Of a stretch of 64,000 nt of DNA, positions 37,364-46,772 are shown in pieces. Within the stretch, counting starts at the first letter, position 1, and every line of letters starts with the position of its first letter. The position numbers and the translations under genes are program-made. Source of the DNA: Candidatus Latescibacterota bacterium (GTDB lineage: Bacteria > Latescibacterota > UBA2968 > GCA-2709665); NCBI GenBank assembly GCA_965208835.1, contig OZ242358.1, positions 3,744,001 through 3,808,000 of the forward strand, given 5' to 3'. Under the pieces are notes generated by a model, which did no database searches, was not told the origin of the DNA, and worked only from the letters and a program-made list of their open reading frames with translations.

Positions 37364-38752
37364 GTGATGAATCTCCAGGAGGTCGGCCAAAGACTCGAGA
37401 AACCGTTTACCTTTGCCGTGGTGGGTGACACGCATTTTCTGCATTCAAAATTTGGCCGACCGACGGGCGACACCGGCGGTTCTTTTCGTCCCTTGCAGAT
37501 TGACCAGTATCTTGAGAGCGTTCGATATGTCCTGATGCCGATGATGGCCTCTCTAAAGGAAGTTTCTCCTGAATTCCTGGTAATCACCGGTGATCTGGTG
37601 GAGGGCCATCAAGACGTCGAACTCGCGGTCGATGAGATCAAGGAAGGGCTGGAATTCTTCGAGGGATATGGGATTCCGCTTCTGTTTGCGTGCGGAAACA
37701 GGGACAGGGTCGAGGCATTTGACAGCGTTGTTCTTCCGTATTTGGGCCGCTGGCTGGGCAGGACACCCCGGGAGCGGTTTTTCTTTCTGGACGTCGCCGG
37801 CTGCCGGCTCATATTCCTCGACACCCCCGCCTGGAAACGGAATGGCGCACAACGGGAATGGCTGGAACTCGCATTGAATGACCGGGAGGCCGCGGGGATT
37901 GATCGAACGTTTCTGTTCGGACATCATCCTGTCTGGCCGCTGGCAAGGGCCTTTTTCACCAACATCGACCTCCATCTCGATCTGCCGGAAATACTGCAGG
38001 AGCATCCTGTAGACGCTTTTTTTTGTGGGCATACCCACAACCAGAACGTGTTACTTCACCGTACGGATGGACGCCCGGTTCTGCAATGCATGTGCGCGTC
38101 CATCGGACTTTCCAGTGAGATGCCAACGCCGCTGGACCGGGTACAGGACCTGATACCGTATCCCCAGGACGTGCTGACCTGTTGGCCAGGCTACCTCGAA
38201 AATACGGCACCAGGATGGTTTATCGTTCACGTCGGTCGGACCTCGGTCGAAGCGTCATGGCACCACTTGAATCGAGGTGTGGAAACACGACTCGTCTGGC
38301 AACGCCCGGGAGATCTCTCGGCATTCGAAAAGATGGACCATCCGCCGGATGCCCGGTTGATTTACGACGACCTGAATCATATCCGGCGTGCTTCCCTTCG
38401 GTTCTGCGGATGGCATGCCCTGCGCCAGGACAAAGAGGTATTCCTCAATGGCGTGCTGGTCGGCAGCCTCCCTCCCGCGAACGACTATGCGCCGATCCGG
38501 ATGGATTTGCCAGCGAAATGCCTTGAACATCTGCGTATGGAAAACAGGCTCGAGATCCAGGTTCCCCGGAACGAGGCATGTACGCTGGGCAACTTTATAC
38601 TCGAAGCGGTCTTGCCGGGTGGACGATTTGTGCGCACACGTCCAACAGGCGAGATATTTACCTGGTCCGACCGGTGGGGCGCGTGGAATTCAAGCTCGCT
38701 GATGAAAATGAAGCCGGGACGACCGGCAACAACATTATTGTGTTTCCAATGA
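37364..38752 (+). CDS. Calcineurin-like metallophosphoesterase with C-terminal extension
   Basis: GDTH, TGDL, GNRD, GHHP, GHTH motifs. Confidence 0.85.
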   Translation: MMNLQEVGQRLEKPFTFAVVGDTHFLHSKFGRPTGDTGGSFRPLQIDQYLESVRYVLMPMMASLKEVSPEFLVITGDLVEGHQDVELAVDEIKEGLEFFEGYGIPLLFACGNRDRVEAFDSVVLPYLGRWLGRTPRERFFFLDVAGCRLIFLDTPAWKRNGAQREWLELALNDREAAGIDRTFLFGHHPVWPLARAFFTNIDLHLDLPEILQEHPVDAFFCGHTHNQNVLLHRTDGRPVLQCMCASIGLSSEMPTPLDRVQDLIPYPQDVLTCWPGYLENTAPGWFIVHVGRTSVEASWHHLNRGVETRLVWQRPGDLSAFEKMDHPPDARLIYDDLNHIRRASLRFCGWHALRQDKEVFLNGVLVGSLPPANDYAPIRMDLPAKCLEHLRMENRLEIQVPRNEACTLGNFILEAVLPGGRFVRTRPTGEIFTWSDRWGAWNSSSLMKMKPGRPATTLLCFQ

Positions 38753-38784
38753 GTACAACATAGACCAGGTTTTCGAAAATCTCA

Positions 38785-40863
38785 ATGAAAAAACAGCGAT
38801 TTGCAAACAGGTTGTTAAACGAGACCAGTCCCTATCTGCTACAACACGCACATAACCCGGTGGACTGGTATCCGTGGGGCGACGAGGCCTTTGAACTTGC
38901 GAAGAAAGCAGACCGTCCCATTTTTCTGAGTATCGGATATTCGGCCTGTCACTGGTGTCACGTGATGGAGAGGGAATCGTTTGAAAATGAAGCCATCGCA
39001 GCTGTGATGAACCAATTCTTCGTGAACGTCAAGGTAGACCGCGAAGAACGGCCGGATGTGGACGAGATTTACATGAATGCGGTACAGATGATGACCGGCG
39101 CCGGCGGATGGCCGATGAGCGTGTTTCTCACACCCGACGGAACACCGTTTTACGGCGGCACCTATTTCCCTCCCGACAGCAGATACGGCCGCCCCGGATT
39201 TCCGGACGTACTCCGGTCAGTGGCAACGCATTACCGCGACAACAGGGGCAAAGTGGGAGAGGCTGCCGAACGCCTGATGGCCGGATTGAAACGGCTGACC
39301 GACCTGCGAAACCTGGATGGAGCGTTGACGGGAACTTTGTTTTCTGAAGGACATTCGCAGATCGCCCGTAATTTTGACTGGGAGAATGGAGGATTCGGAT
39401 CGCAGCCGAAGTTTCCCGGCACCATGAATCTGTCGGTCTTTCTGCGGGAATTCGAGAAAACCGGAAATCGCAATGCAATGGATATGGTACTTCTAACCCT
39501 GCGGAAGATGGCGCGGGGAGGGATATACGATCATTTGGGCGGCGGATTTCACCGGTACTCCGTTGACCATCGCTGGCTGGTCCCCCACTTCGAGAAGATG
39601 CTTTATGACAATGCCCTGTTGACCGTACTCTATCTGGAAGCCTTTCAACACACCGGAGAACCACTGTTTCGGCAGATTGTGCAGGAAACACTGTCATACG
39701 TCATTCGCGAGATGACCGACCCGCAGGGCGGATTCTATTCCACTCAGGACGCGGACAGCGAAGGGGAGGAGGGCAGGTTTTTCGTCTGGGACCAGGAGGA
39801 GGTGTGCGCATTACTGGGGCAGGAAGAAGGACGGTTGTTTTGCCGGTACTACGATGTGCGTCCGGAGGGTAATTTTGAACACGGTAAGAGCATCTTGAAT
39901 ATACCGGTTGAAGTGTCAGAATTGGCCCGTTTCCTGGATGTGGACCCGGAGCGCCTGGACGATGTGATTCAGCGCGGACGGAAGATATTGGCAGATGTCC
40001 GCGAGAACAGGATCAAGCCGGAGCGGGACGATAAAATCCAGGTGAGCTGGAACGGTCTCATGATCTCGGCTCTTGCTCGCGCGTATCAGGTTCTCGGTCG
40101 ATCGGAATATCTGGCAGCGGCGCAGAACTCGGCCGATTTCATACTCCGGAATATGCAGACGGAATCCGGCCATCTGCTGCACACTTACAACACCGGGAGG
40201 GCCCGGTTCCCCGGTTACCAGGACGATTACGCCTTCTTCAGCAACGGACTGCTCGACCTCTACGAAGCCTCCTTCGATCCGCGCTGGCTGAATGCGGCGG
40301 AGGCACTCACAGAGACGATGCTCCTCGAATTCTGGGATCCGGAGCAGGGCGGTTTCTATTTCACAGGTCGGGCGAATGAAAAACTGATCGTACGCTCAAA
40401 GAATCCGTACGACAACGCAATACCATCCGGAAATTCGATGGCCGTTATGTCGCTGATGCGTCTGGGTACGATTCTCGACCGACCGGACCTGTGGCAGAAG
40501 GCGGAGCAGACCCTGAAGCTGTTCGAACCGATGCTCCGAGAGATGCCATCCGGTTTCGGCCAGATGCTCTGCGGTCTGGACACCTTCACCAGGCGTCCGA
40601 TTGAGATCGTTTTGGTGGGCGACCCGGAGGATTCAGCGACGAAAGATCTCCTGAAGACCGCTTACGGACGCCTGCCATCCAGCCGGGTGATCGTTCTCGC
40701 GGATCCGGACAAGAGGGAAGATCTGGCGCGGCGCATTCCATTACTTTCGGACAAGAAGGCAATTAATGGAAGACCAACCGCGTACGTGTGCAGAAATTCG
40801 GTCTGTTCCGCACCAGTAACATCAGAAACCCAACTGCATGCATTGCTGCGGAATCCATCGTGA
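38785..40863 (+). CDS. yyaL: Thioredoxin-domain protein, YyaL/SSP411 family
   Basis: [41 protein letters not shown]. Confidence 0.95.
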   Translation: MKKQRFANRLLNETSPYLLQHAHNPVDWYPWGDEAFELAKKADRPIFLSIGYSACHWCHVMERESFENEAIAAVMNQFFVNVKVDREERPDVDEIYMNAVQMMTGAGGWPMSVFLTPDGTPFYGGTYFPPDSRYGRPGFPDVLRSVATHYRDNRGKVGEAAERLMAGLKRLTDLRNLDGALTGTLFSEGHSQIARNFDWENGGFGSQPKFPGTMNLSVFLREFEKTGNRNAMDMVLLTLRKMARGGIYDHLGGGFHRYSVDHRWLVPHFEKMLYDNALLTVLYLEAFQHTGEPLFRQIVQETLSYVIREMTDPQGGFYSTQDADSEGEEGRFFVWDQEEVCALLGQEEGRLFCRYYDVRPEGNFEHGKSILNIPVEVSELARFLDVDPERLDDVIQRGRKILADVRENRIKPERDDKIQVSWNGLMISALARAYQVLGRSEYLAAAQNSADFILRNMQTESGHLLHTYNTGRARFPGYQDDYAFFSNGLLDLYEASFDPRWLNAAEALTETMLLEFWDPEQGGFYFTGRANEKLIVRSKNPYDNAIPSGNSMAVMSLMRLGTILDRPDLWQKAEQTLKLFEPMLREMPSGFGQMLCGLDTFTRRPIEIVLVGDPEDSATKDLLKTAYGRLPSSRVIVLADPDKREDLARRIPLLSDKKAINGRPTAYVCRNSVCSAPVTSETQLHALLRNPS

Positions 40864-40913
40864 GGGGACGCGATTGCGCCAATCGCAGACACAAGTTGGT
40901 TAAAACGCCCCAA

Positions 40914-41146
40914 GAAGCTGTCCTAAGATTCCCAGCGGTCTTCGCACGGCTGCAAAAGCGCCGGTCGGCGTTGGTCAAATCCACCCGTCTTATGAGATCG
41001 AGACTGCGCTTGCTCGCCTCTCATAGCCGGATTTTCCCGTCGGCGCTGCGCGCCCCTCGTGCCTCGGCACTACGCGCCCCTCGTGCCTCTTAACCGCAAC
41101 TTTTTCGCTCGCGCTCGGGAACTCACCGGTAATTTTAAGCAACTTC
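40914..41146 (+). mobile_element. MITE family B, long variant (233 bp)
   Basis: Family B TIRs plus an internal 2x24-bp tandem unit. Confidence 0.88.
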
Positions 41147-41161
41147 TAACAGGAGGATGTT

Positions 41162-41707
41162 ATGGCATCGGTATTGGTGGTAGGAGATGGTCCCGGTGGA
41201 CTGAGCGCGGCTCTGTTCCTGGCCAAGAACGGCATGGATGTTGTGGTGTTCGGGCAGAATACAACCCCCATGCATAAAGCCATGCTCTACAATTACCTGG
41301 GTATTCCCGAATTGACCGGGAGCGAGTTTCAACGCATTTCCCGGGATCAGGTCGCGGCTCAGGGTGCACGAATTGAGGACGTGCAGGTCGCCGGTATCGA
41401 AAAGACGCAAGCCGGTTTTACATTGACCGCGGAGGGCGGGGCCACCCACAACGGTGACTATCTGATTCTGGCGGCCGGAACCAATGTGAAGCTTGGCGTG
41501 AGTATCGGTCTTGAGAGAGGTCCGGACGGGCTGGGATGCGACAGGGACGGTCGTACGGCAGTAGACGGACTCTACGTAGTGGGATGGAGTACGCGGCTGC
41601 GGAAAACGCAGGCGATTATTTCCGCCGGTCAGGGTGCGTCCGCCGCGCTCGATATTCTATCGATCGAGGCAGGCGAGGACGTACACGATTTCGACGTTGT
41701 GTCATGA
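41162..41707 (+). CDS. Short thioredoxin-reductase-like FAD-dependent oxidoreductase
   Basis: VVGDGPGGLSAA, NYLG, GLYVVG; AGGAGG RBS; no CxxC. Confidence 0.8.
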   Translation: MASVLVVGDGPGGLSAALFLAKNGMDVVVFGQNTTPMHKAMLYNYLGIPELTGSEFQRISRDQVAAQGARIEDVQVAGIEKTQAGFTLTAEGGATHNGDYLILAAGTNVKLGVSIGLERGPDGLGCDRDGRTAVDGLYVVGWSTRLRKTQAIISAGQGASAALDILSIEAGEDVHDFDVVS

Positions 41708-41801
41708 AACATACCTGAAGATGCAGCATCGGGACATGGCGTTCCGTCGCGTAAACTGCTCGCCATTCGACCGCCGGTGGCAGGACGATTCCTTCGGGAG
41801 G

Positions 41802-42371
41802 CTAATAGTACCTGGGTGTCTTTCTGGGGGCAGCCGGTTTAGGAGGCGCCTCACTTTCAGGAATGCCGTGGCTTTCAATGATGCCACGAACCACGTGTAC
41901 CGGTAGGCCCATTCTAACGGCCAACGCCATTGAATCACTCGGACGCGCGTCCATTTTGAACGTCGTTCCATCCGGACCCTGCAGGGTAAGTACGGCGAAA
42001 TACGTACTCCCCAGCCCCCCTTCTTTCAGTGGGCGAAGTTCGTCGATTACAATGGATCGGAGGCGGACGCCGGCCCCTTCCAGAACGTTGTGGAATAAAT
42101 CGTGGGTGAACGGACGAGGAAACGTCTCGTTCTTCAGTTTGCGCCAGATTGCCATCGCTTCGCAGGGACCGATCCAGATAGGAAGAAGCCGTGCGGTCTC
42201 GTTGTTACGTAGAAAAACGATGTATTGATCTTCCGAATCCCGCCCGACCTGATGGACTTCGGTCTTGACCAGGTCCTTTTCCGACGGATACGCCGCTGGC
42301 GCGAGGACGCCGCTCAGACACAGGCATAAAGCGCAGGAGTAAATCACCGCAGAACGGCATCTATCGTGCAT
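41802..42371 (-). CDS. Bifunctional nuclease family (DUF151) protein with signal-like N-terminus
   Basis: LPIWIG..EA.AI, PRPFTHDL, DARPSDSMALA. Confidence 0.88.
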   Translation of the reverse strand: MHDRCRSAVIYSCALCLCLSGVLAPAAYPSEKDLVKTEVHQVGRDSEDQYIVFLRNNETARLLPIWIGPCEAMAIWRKLKNETFPRPFTHDLFHNVLEGAGVRLRSIVIDELRPLKEGGLGSTYFAVLTLQGPDGTTFKMDARPSDSMALAVRMGLPVHVVRGIIESHGIPESEAPPKPAAPRKTPRYY

Positions 42372-42485
42372 CTCAGTTCCTTTCTGTGTATGAAGCCGGC
42401 GCTGACTGACATGATTCCGTTGCGTTCCGGGAATATACGCCGGCGCCAATCACGGGGCAATTCGAATTTCCGGCATAGGGACTGA

Positions 42486-42719
42486 AGAGCTGTCTTAAAA
42501 TTCCCAGCGGTCTTCGCACGGCTGCAAAAGCGCCGTGCGGCGTTGGTCAAACCCACTCGTCTTACGAGATCGAGGCTGCGCTTGCTCGCCTCTCATAGGC
42601 GGGTTTTCCCGTCGGAGCCGCGCGCCCCTCGTGCCTCGGCACTACGCGCCCCTCGCGCCTCATAGCCGCCACTTTTTCGCTCGTGCTCGGGAACTCACCG
42701 GTCAATTTAAAACAGCTTC
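42486..42719 (+). mobile_element. MITE family B, long variant (about 234 bp)
   Basis: Family B TIRs plus the 2x24-bp unit. Confidence 0.88.
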
Positions 42720-42732
42720 CGAGGCTTGTGGG

Positions 42733-42761
42733 TTGACAAGCTGCGGTGAATGTGCTATCTT
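42733..42761 (+). promoter_or_regulatory. Sigma70-type promoter of the yicC-dnaB cluster
   Basis: TTGACA-N17-TATCTT with extended -10 TG. Confidence 0.7.
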
Positions 42762-42799
42762 TTTCCGTTTCAGAATTTTACACGATTTGTGCTGTGTAG

Positions 42800-42959
42800 C
42801 AGTCCGTTGATACTGTCGCTCTGCAGGCGAGGGCGAGACGTCGTGGCCGAAGACAAGGCGCGCGACCCAGTCCCATCCAGCGATTCGGCGAGGATGCGCA
42901 ACGCAGGCCTTTGGCCACGAGAGCCGGCCGCAGCCCGGATGGGCTTTTTCGCCGGGCTG
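42800..42959 (-). mobile_element. MITE family A, full length but diverged
   Basis: 160 bp, colinear with 49997-50156; flanks GTAG/CTAT. Confidence 0.85.
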
Positions 42960-42977
42960 CTATATCCAGGAGAACGC

Positions 42978-43856
42978 ATGGTTGTCAGCATGACGGGTTT
43001 CGGGAGGGGAGAAGTCGAAACAGACGGCTACCGGGCGTCGGTGGAACTGCGGTCTGTCAACGGGCGCTACGGCGAGGTATCCGTCCATTTGCCCAGACAC
43101 CTGTCTCCCCTGGAACAACGGATCAAGGAGCTCGTGCTTTCAGTTTTCTCCCGGGGCCACATTCGTGTCTCGGTGAGTGTGAGCGGCGACTCGCTTGGAC
43201 AGGGCATCCCGGTTCTGAATGAACGTGTCTTTGAGGGATATCGAGACGGACTTGCGCGGTTGCAGACTCGTTTGGGCGCTTCAAATGCACCCGATCCCCT
43301 GCAGGTCGCGCTGATGCCGAGTGTATTCGAAATCGAAACCAGCCCACCGGATCTGGAAGCAGTCTGGAAGGTGGTTGCGCCGGCCTGTGAACGGGCCGTC
43401 GCTCAATGCCATTCGATGCGGGAGACAGAGGGAAAACAGCTGGCAGCGGATCTCGTCCAGCGGGTTCATCAACTCGAGGATCTGGTGGGGCAAATACAGG
43501 AATTGGCACCCGGTCAGGTCGCGTCCACCCGCAGGAGGCTCGACGAGAAACTCCGGGAACTCATCGCCCCTGAGAGTGTCGACCAGAACCGTCTCCTCAC
43601 GGAAATTGCCCTGCTCTCGGAGCGCATGGACATTACCGAGGAAACGGTCCGCTTCCACAGTCACAACGAACAGTTTCTGAAGACGCTGGGTCGCGACGAG
43701 CCGGTCGGCAGGCGTCTGAATTTTCTTCTCCAGGAGATGCTCCGCGAGGCAAACACAATCGGCTCCAAAGCAGGCGACACCGGAATTGCGCATCTGGTGG
43801 TTGGGATCAAGGAAGAGATCGAGAAGCTCAGAGAGCAGGTGCAGAATATAGAATAG
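42978..43856 (+). CDS. yicC: YicC/YloC family endoribonuclease
   Basis: SMTGFG, RSVNGRY, DITEE, GRRLNFLLQEMLREANTIGSK, REQVQNIE. Confidence 0.95.
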   Translation: MVVSMTGFGRGEVETDGYRASVELRSVNGRYGEVSVHLPRHLSPLEQRIKELVLSVFSRGHIRVSVSVSGDSLGQGIPVLNERVFEGYRDGLARLQTRLGASNAPDPLQVALMPSVFEIETSPPDLEAVWKVVAPACERAVAQCHSMRETEGKQLAADLVQRVHQLEDLVGQIQELAPGQVASTRRRLDEKLRELIAPESVDQNRLLTEIALLSERMDITEETVRFHSHNEQFLKTLGRDEPVGRRLNFLLQEMLREANTIGSKAGDTGIAHLVVGIKEEIEKLREQVQNIE

Positions 43857-43876
43857 CAGCGTGATCGGTTCCACAG

Positions 43877-44542
43877 ATGGAAAAACCGTTCGGAATTGAG
43901 GCCCTGCAAGACCGCCTCGTTAGCAATCCCGCGTCGTTCGTCGTGGTACTGTCGGGTCCTGCAGGCGCAGGAAAGACAACCATCCGCCAGGGACTGCTGG
44001 AATGCGACAACGCGTTGCGGGTATGTGTGACCACCACCACACGCGCCAAACGCCTTAACGAAGTGGACGGCGTCGACTACCATTTCGTCTCGGAAGATGC
44101 GTTTCGTGCGGGGCTGAAACAGAGGTGTTTTTTCGAATGGGCGGAGGTGTACGGCTTTCTTTACGGCGCAACCTTCGAGGCGATCGCGCACGCGCTTGGA
44201 CAAGGCGGCGTTGTGCTGCTCGTGGCAGACGTGCAGGGCGCGGCGGTGTGGAAGCGCTTGCTCAGGAAACGATGCGTCAGCGTGTTCGTGCTGCCGCCAT
44301 CGGTCAAGGTGCTTGAGGAGCGCCTGGGAGGGCGTAAGACCGAAGAGGGTGGCGTCTTAAAGCGCAGGCTGGAGAATGCGAGGTCTGAACTTGCTAAAGC
44401 CGTGGAGTTCGATTATCTCGTCGTCAATGGGGAGCTTGATCGCGCCATATCCGATGTTCAGGAACTGATTCGCGTTGAAAGGCGCAGGCCATGGCGAACG
44501 CCCGACTTAATTGATGAATTCGGGCGCCGGAGTGTGCCTTAG
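43877..44542 (+). CDS. gmk: Guanylate kinase
   Basis: GPAGAGKTT, TTR, EVDGVDYHFV, EWAEVYG. Confidence 0.93.
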   Translation: MEKPFGIEALQDRLVSNPASFVVVLSGPAGAGKTTIRQGLLECDNALRVCVTTTTRAKRLNEVDGVDYHFVSEDAFRAGLKQRCFFEWAEVYGFLYGATFEAIAHALGQGGVVLLVADVQGAAVWKRLLRKRCVSVFVLPPSVKVLEERLGGRKTEEGGVLKRRLENARSELAKAVEFDYLVVNGELDRAISDVQELIRVERRRPWRTPDLIDEFGRRSVP

Positions 44543-44649
44543 AATGTATTTGCGACGGGCAATCAGATCGTACAAATCAGTTGCACGTAAAACGACTCGA
44601 TTGCGATCACGGGCAACCCTGCCCCACACAGACGGAGGATTGGATCCAA

Positions 44650-44910
44650 ATGTCACGGATTTTCTTTCTCGAAGAGATCAGCAGCGACGAAATTAACCCG
44701 TATGAGGCGGTCAGCGCCGCGTCTAGAGAGTCCCGCCGGATCAACCAGGCCCGGATGGCGAGAGACGTTTCAGGAGAGGCGGAAAAACCCACGACGCTAT
44801 CGCTGGATCGTCTCTCCACGGGAAAAGTAAAAGTTGCGTACGACACCGATGAGGAAATGGAAGCGGAAGATGGCAATGCCGTCGAAAATGAGGATCCTGC
44901 TGGGAATTAG
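44650..44910 (+). CDS. rpoZ: RNA polymerase omega subunit
   Basis: NPYEAVSAASRESRRI, EKPTTL; position between gmk and coaBC. Confidence 0.8.
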   Translation: MSRIFFLEEISSDEINPYEAVSAASRESRRINQARMARDVSGEAEKPTTLSLDRLSTGKVKVAYDTDEEMEAEDGNAVENEDPAGN

Positions 44911-46081
44911 CGGTGGGATTGCCGCCTACAAGGGGGTTGAGGTACTTCGTGGCCTGCAGCGTGAAGGCGCCGAAGTACGGGTGGCGATGACCGCGGCTGC
45001 GCAGAAATTCATACAGCCGCTGACGTTTGAGGCGCTCTCCGGCCACCCTGTCTACACCCGGCTTTTTCCTGACGCGGGGGATCCGGATATTGTTCACGTC
45101 AAGTTGGGCGAATGGCCCGAACTGATTCTGATTGCCCCTGCAACGGCCAATGTGATTGCCAAAATGGCAAACGGCCTCGCGGACGATCTGCTGACGTGTA
45201 CCTTGCTTTCCAGTGAAGCGCCGGTGATGGTTGCACCGGCAATGGAGACCGCAATGTACCGTCATCCTGCGTCGCAACGCAATCTCCAGCGGCTTGCCGA
45301 TATGGGATATCGCCTGATTGGTCCCGAGGAAGGTGCGCTTGCATCGGGCCGCAGCGGGATGGGGCGGCTTGCGGACCCGGAGCGCATCGTCGCCGAAGCA
45401 GTCTCCTCGGCAGCGACATTCGGAGATCTTTCGGGTAGAAAGATCCTTGTTACTGGAGGGCGGACGGAAGAAGACATCGACCCGGTTCGTTTTATCACGA
45501 ATCGATCCACCGGAAAGATGGGGTACGCGGTGGCCCGCCGCGCCAGGCAGCGCGGCGCGGACGTGGTTCTTGTGAGCGGCCCGGCCGATTTGGATCAACC
45601 CGCTGGTGTGGAACTCATTCGAGTAAGAACGGTTTCCGAAATGCGTGCGGCGACCGAATCGGCATTTGACGAGGCGCATGCCCTGGTCATGACGGCGGCC
45701 GTGCTGGATTTCAGGCCTCGCGTCGTCGCCGACGCGAAAATCAAAAAGAACGCCAACGGGTTGACGCTGGATCTCGTTGCGAACGAAGACTTTCTGGTAG
45801 GGCTGGGCGCCCGGAAGAAAGGCCGGATCTTGGTCGGATTTGCGATGGAAACGGAGAATGGCCTGCCAAACGCGCGAAAGAAACTCGTTGAAAAGCACCT
45901 GGATCTGATCGTCATGAACGATTTGAACGTATCGGGCGCCGGATTCGGCGTGGACACCAATGTGGTCACGCTGATCGACGGGGATGAGGCAGAACCCTTG
46001 CCAAAGATGTCCAAACTCGAGGTTGCAGATCGGATTCTGGATTGGGTGATAGACCGTTGGACCCAGACGCCGAGACCATAG
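44870..46081 (+). CDS. coaBC: Bifunctional phosphopantothenoylcysteine decarboxylase / phosphopantothenate-cysteine ligase
   Basis: GGIAAYK, APATAN, APAM, IDPVRFITNRSTGKMG, VGFAMET. Confidence 0.96.
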   Translation: MAMPSKMRILLGISGGIAAYKGVEVLRGLQREGAEVRVAMTAAAQKFIQPLTFEALSGHPVYTRLFPDAGDPDIVHVKLGEWPELILIAPATANVIAKMANGLADDLLTCTLLSSEAPVMVAPAMETAMYRHPASQRNLQRLADMGYRLIGPEEGALASGRSGMGRLADPERIVAEAVSSAATFGDLSGRKILVTGGRTEEDIDPVRFITNRSTGKMGYAVARRARQRGADVVLVSGPADLDQPAGVELIRVRTVSEMRAATESAFDEAHALVMTAAVLDFRPRVVADAKIKKNANGLTLDLVANEDFLVGLGARKKGRILVGFAMETENGLPNARKKLVEKHLDLIVMNDLNVSGAGFGVDTNVVTLIDGDEAEPLPKMSKLEVADRILDWVIDRWTQTPRP

Positions 46082-46716
46082 AGACCCTGAAAGCCGTGCG
46101 AACATTTGTTGAGGCGCAGGCGGAATTTGGTCTGACGGAGTTCAGGCGCGCCGGCGCCGGTGCGAAGCTTGCCGATTTTCACGAATCGATCCGTGACTGC
46201 CGACTGTGCGGGCTATGCGAGCAGCGGCGCAGCGTTGTCTTCGGCAGCGGCAATCCGGATGCGGGACTGATGTTTGTCGGTGAGGCGCCAGGGGCGGAAG
46301 AAGACAGGACGGGGCTGCCGTTCGTCGGAGCAGCCGGCGCATTGCTCACCCGCATGATCGAAGCCATCGGTTTCAAGCGTGAAGAGGTCTATATTGCCAA
46401 CGTTATCAAATGCAGGCCGCCGGGTAACCGGGACCCGCGACCGGAGGAAATAGAAACGTGCAAGCCCTTTCTCGAACGGCAGATTGAGCACATACAACCG
46501 GCTGCGATCTGCGCCCTCGGTCTATTCGCCGCGCAGACCCTGTTGGAGACCTGTGAACCGATGGGCAGTCTCCGGGGTCGGATCTTTTCGTATCGCGGCA
46601 TCCATCTGATCCCCACCTATCATCCGGCCGCACTCCTGCGAAACCGGCATTGGAAACGTCCCGCCTGGGAGGATCTGCAGTTGCTCAGGCGCGTTTACGA
46701 TAACGCCGCCGGCTAA
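46042..46716 (+). CDS. Family-4 uracil-DNA glycosylase
   Basis: [28 protein letters not shown]. Confidence 0.93.
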   Translation: MGDRPLDPDAETIETLKAVRTFVEAQAEFGLTEFRRAGAGAKLADFHESIRDCRLCGLCEQRRSVVFGSGNPDAGLMFVGEAPGAEEDRTGLPFVGAAGALLTRMIEAIGFKREEVYIANVIKCRPPGNRDPRPEEIETCKPFLERQIEHIQPAAICALGLFAAQTLLETCEPMGSLRGRIFSYRGIHLIPTYHPAALLRNRHWKRPAWEDLQLLRRVYDNAAG

Positions 46717-46772
46717 CAACCGCGCGTTCCCGACCCCTCGTTTGGACAAGCTCGTACTCATCGCGTGATCTT

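Noticed and set aside
41040-41090. 24-bp direct repeats as a possible mini-CRISPR
   Set aside because: Only two abutting units, no spacer, inside MITE family B; no cas genes.
42750-42977. Long N-terminal extensions of yicC (also the PorV gene at 23208-23471 and the FtsX gene at 29479-29577)
   Set aside because: Extensions run through MITE sequence; downstream starts fit the protein families better.
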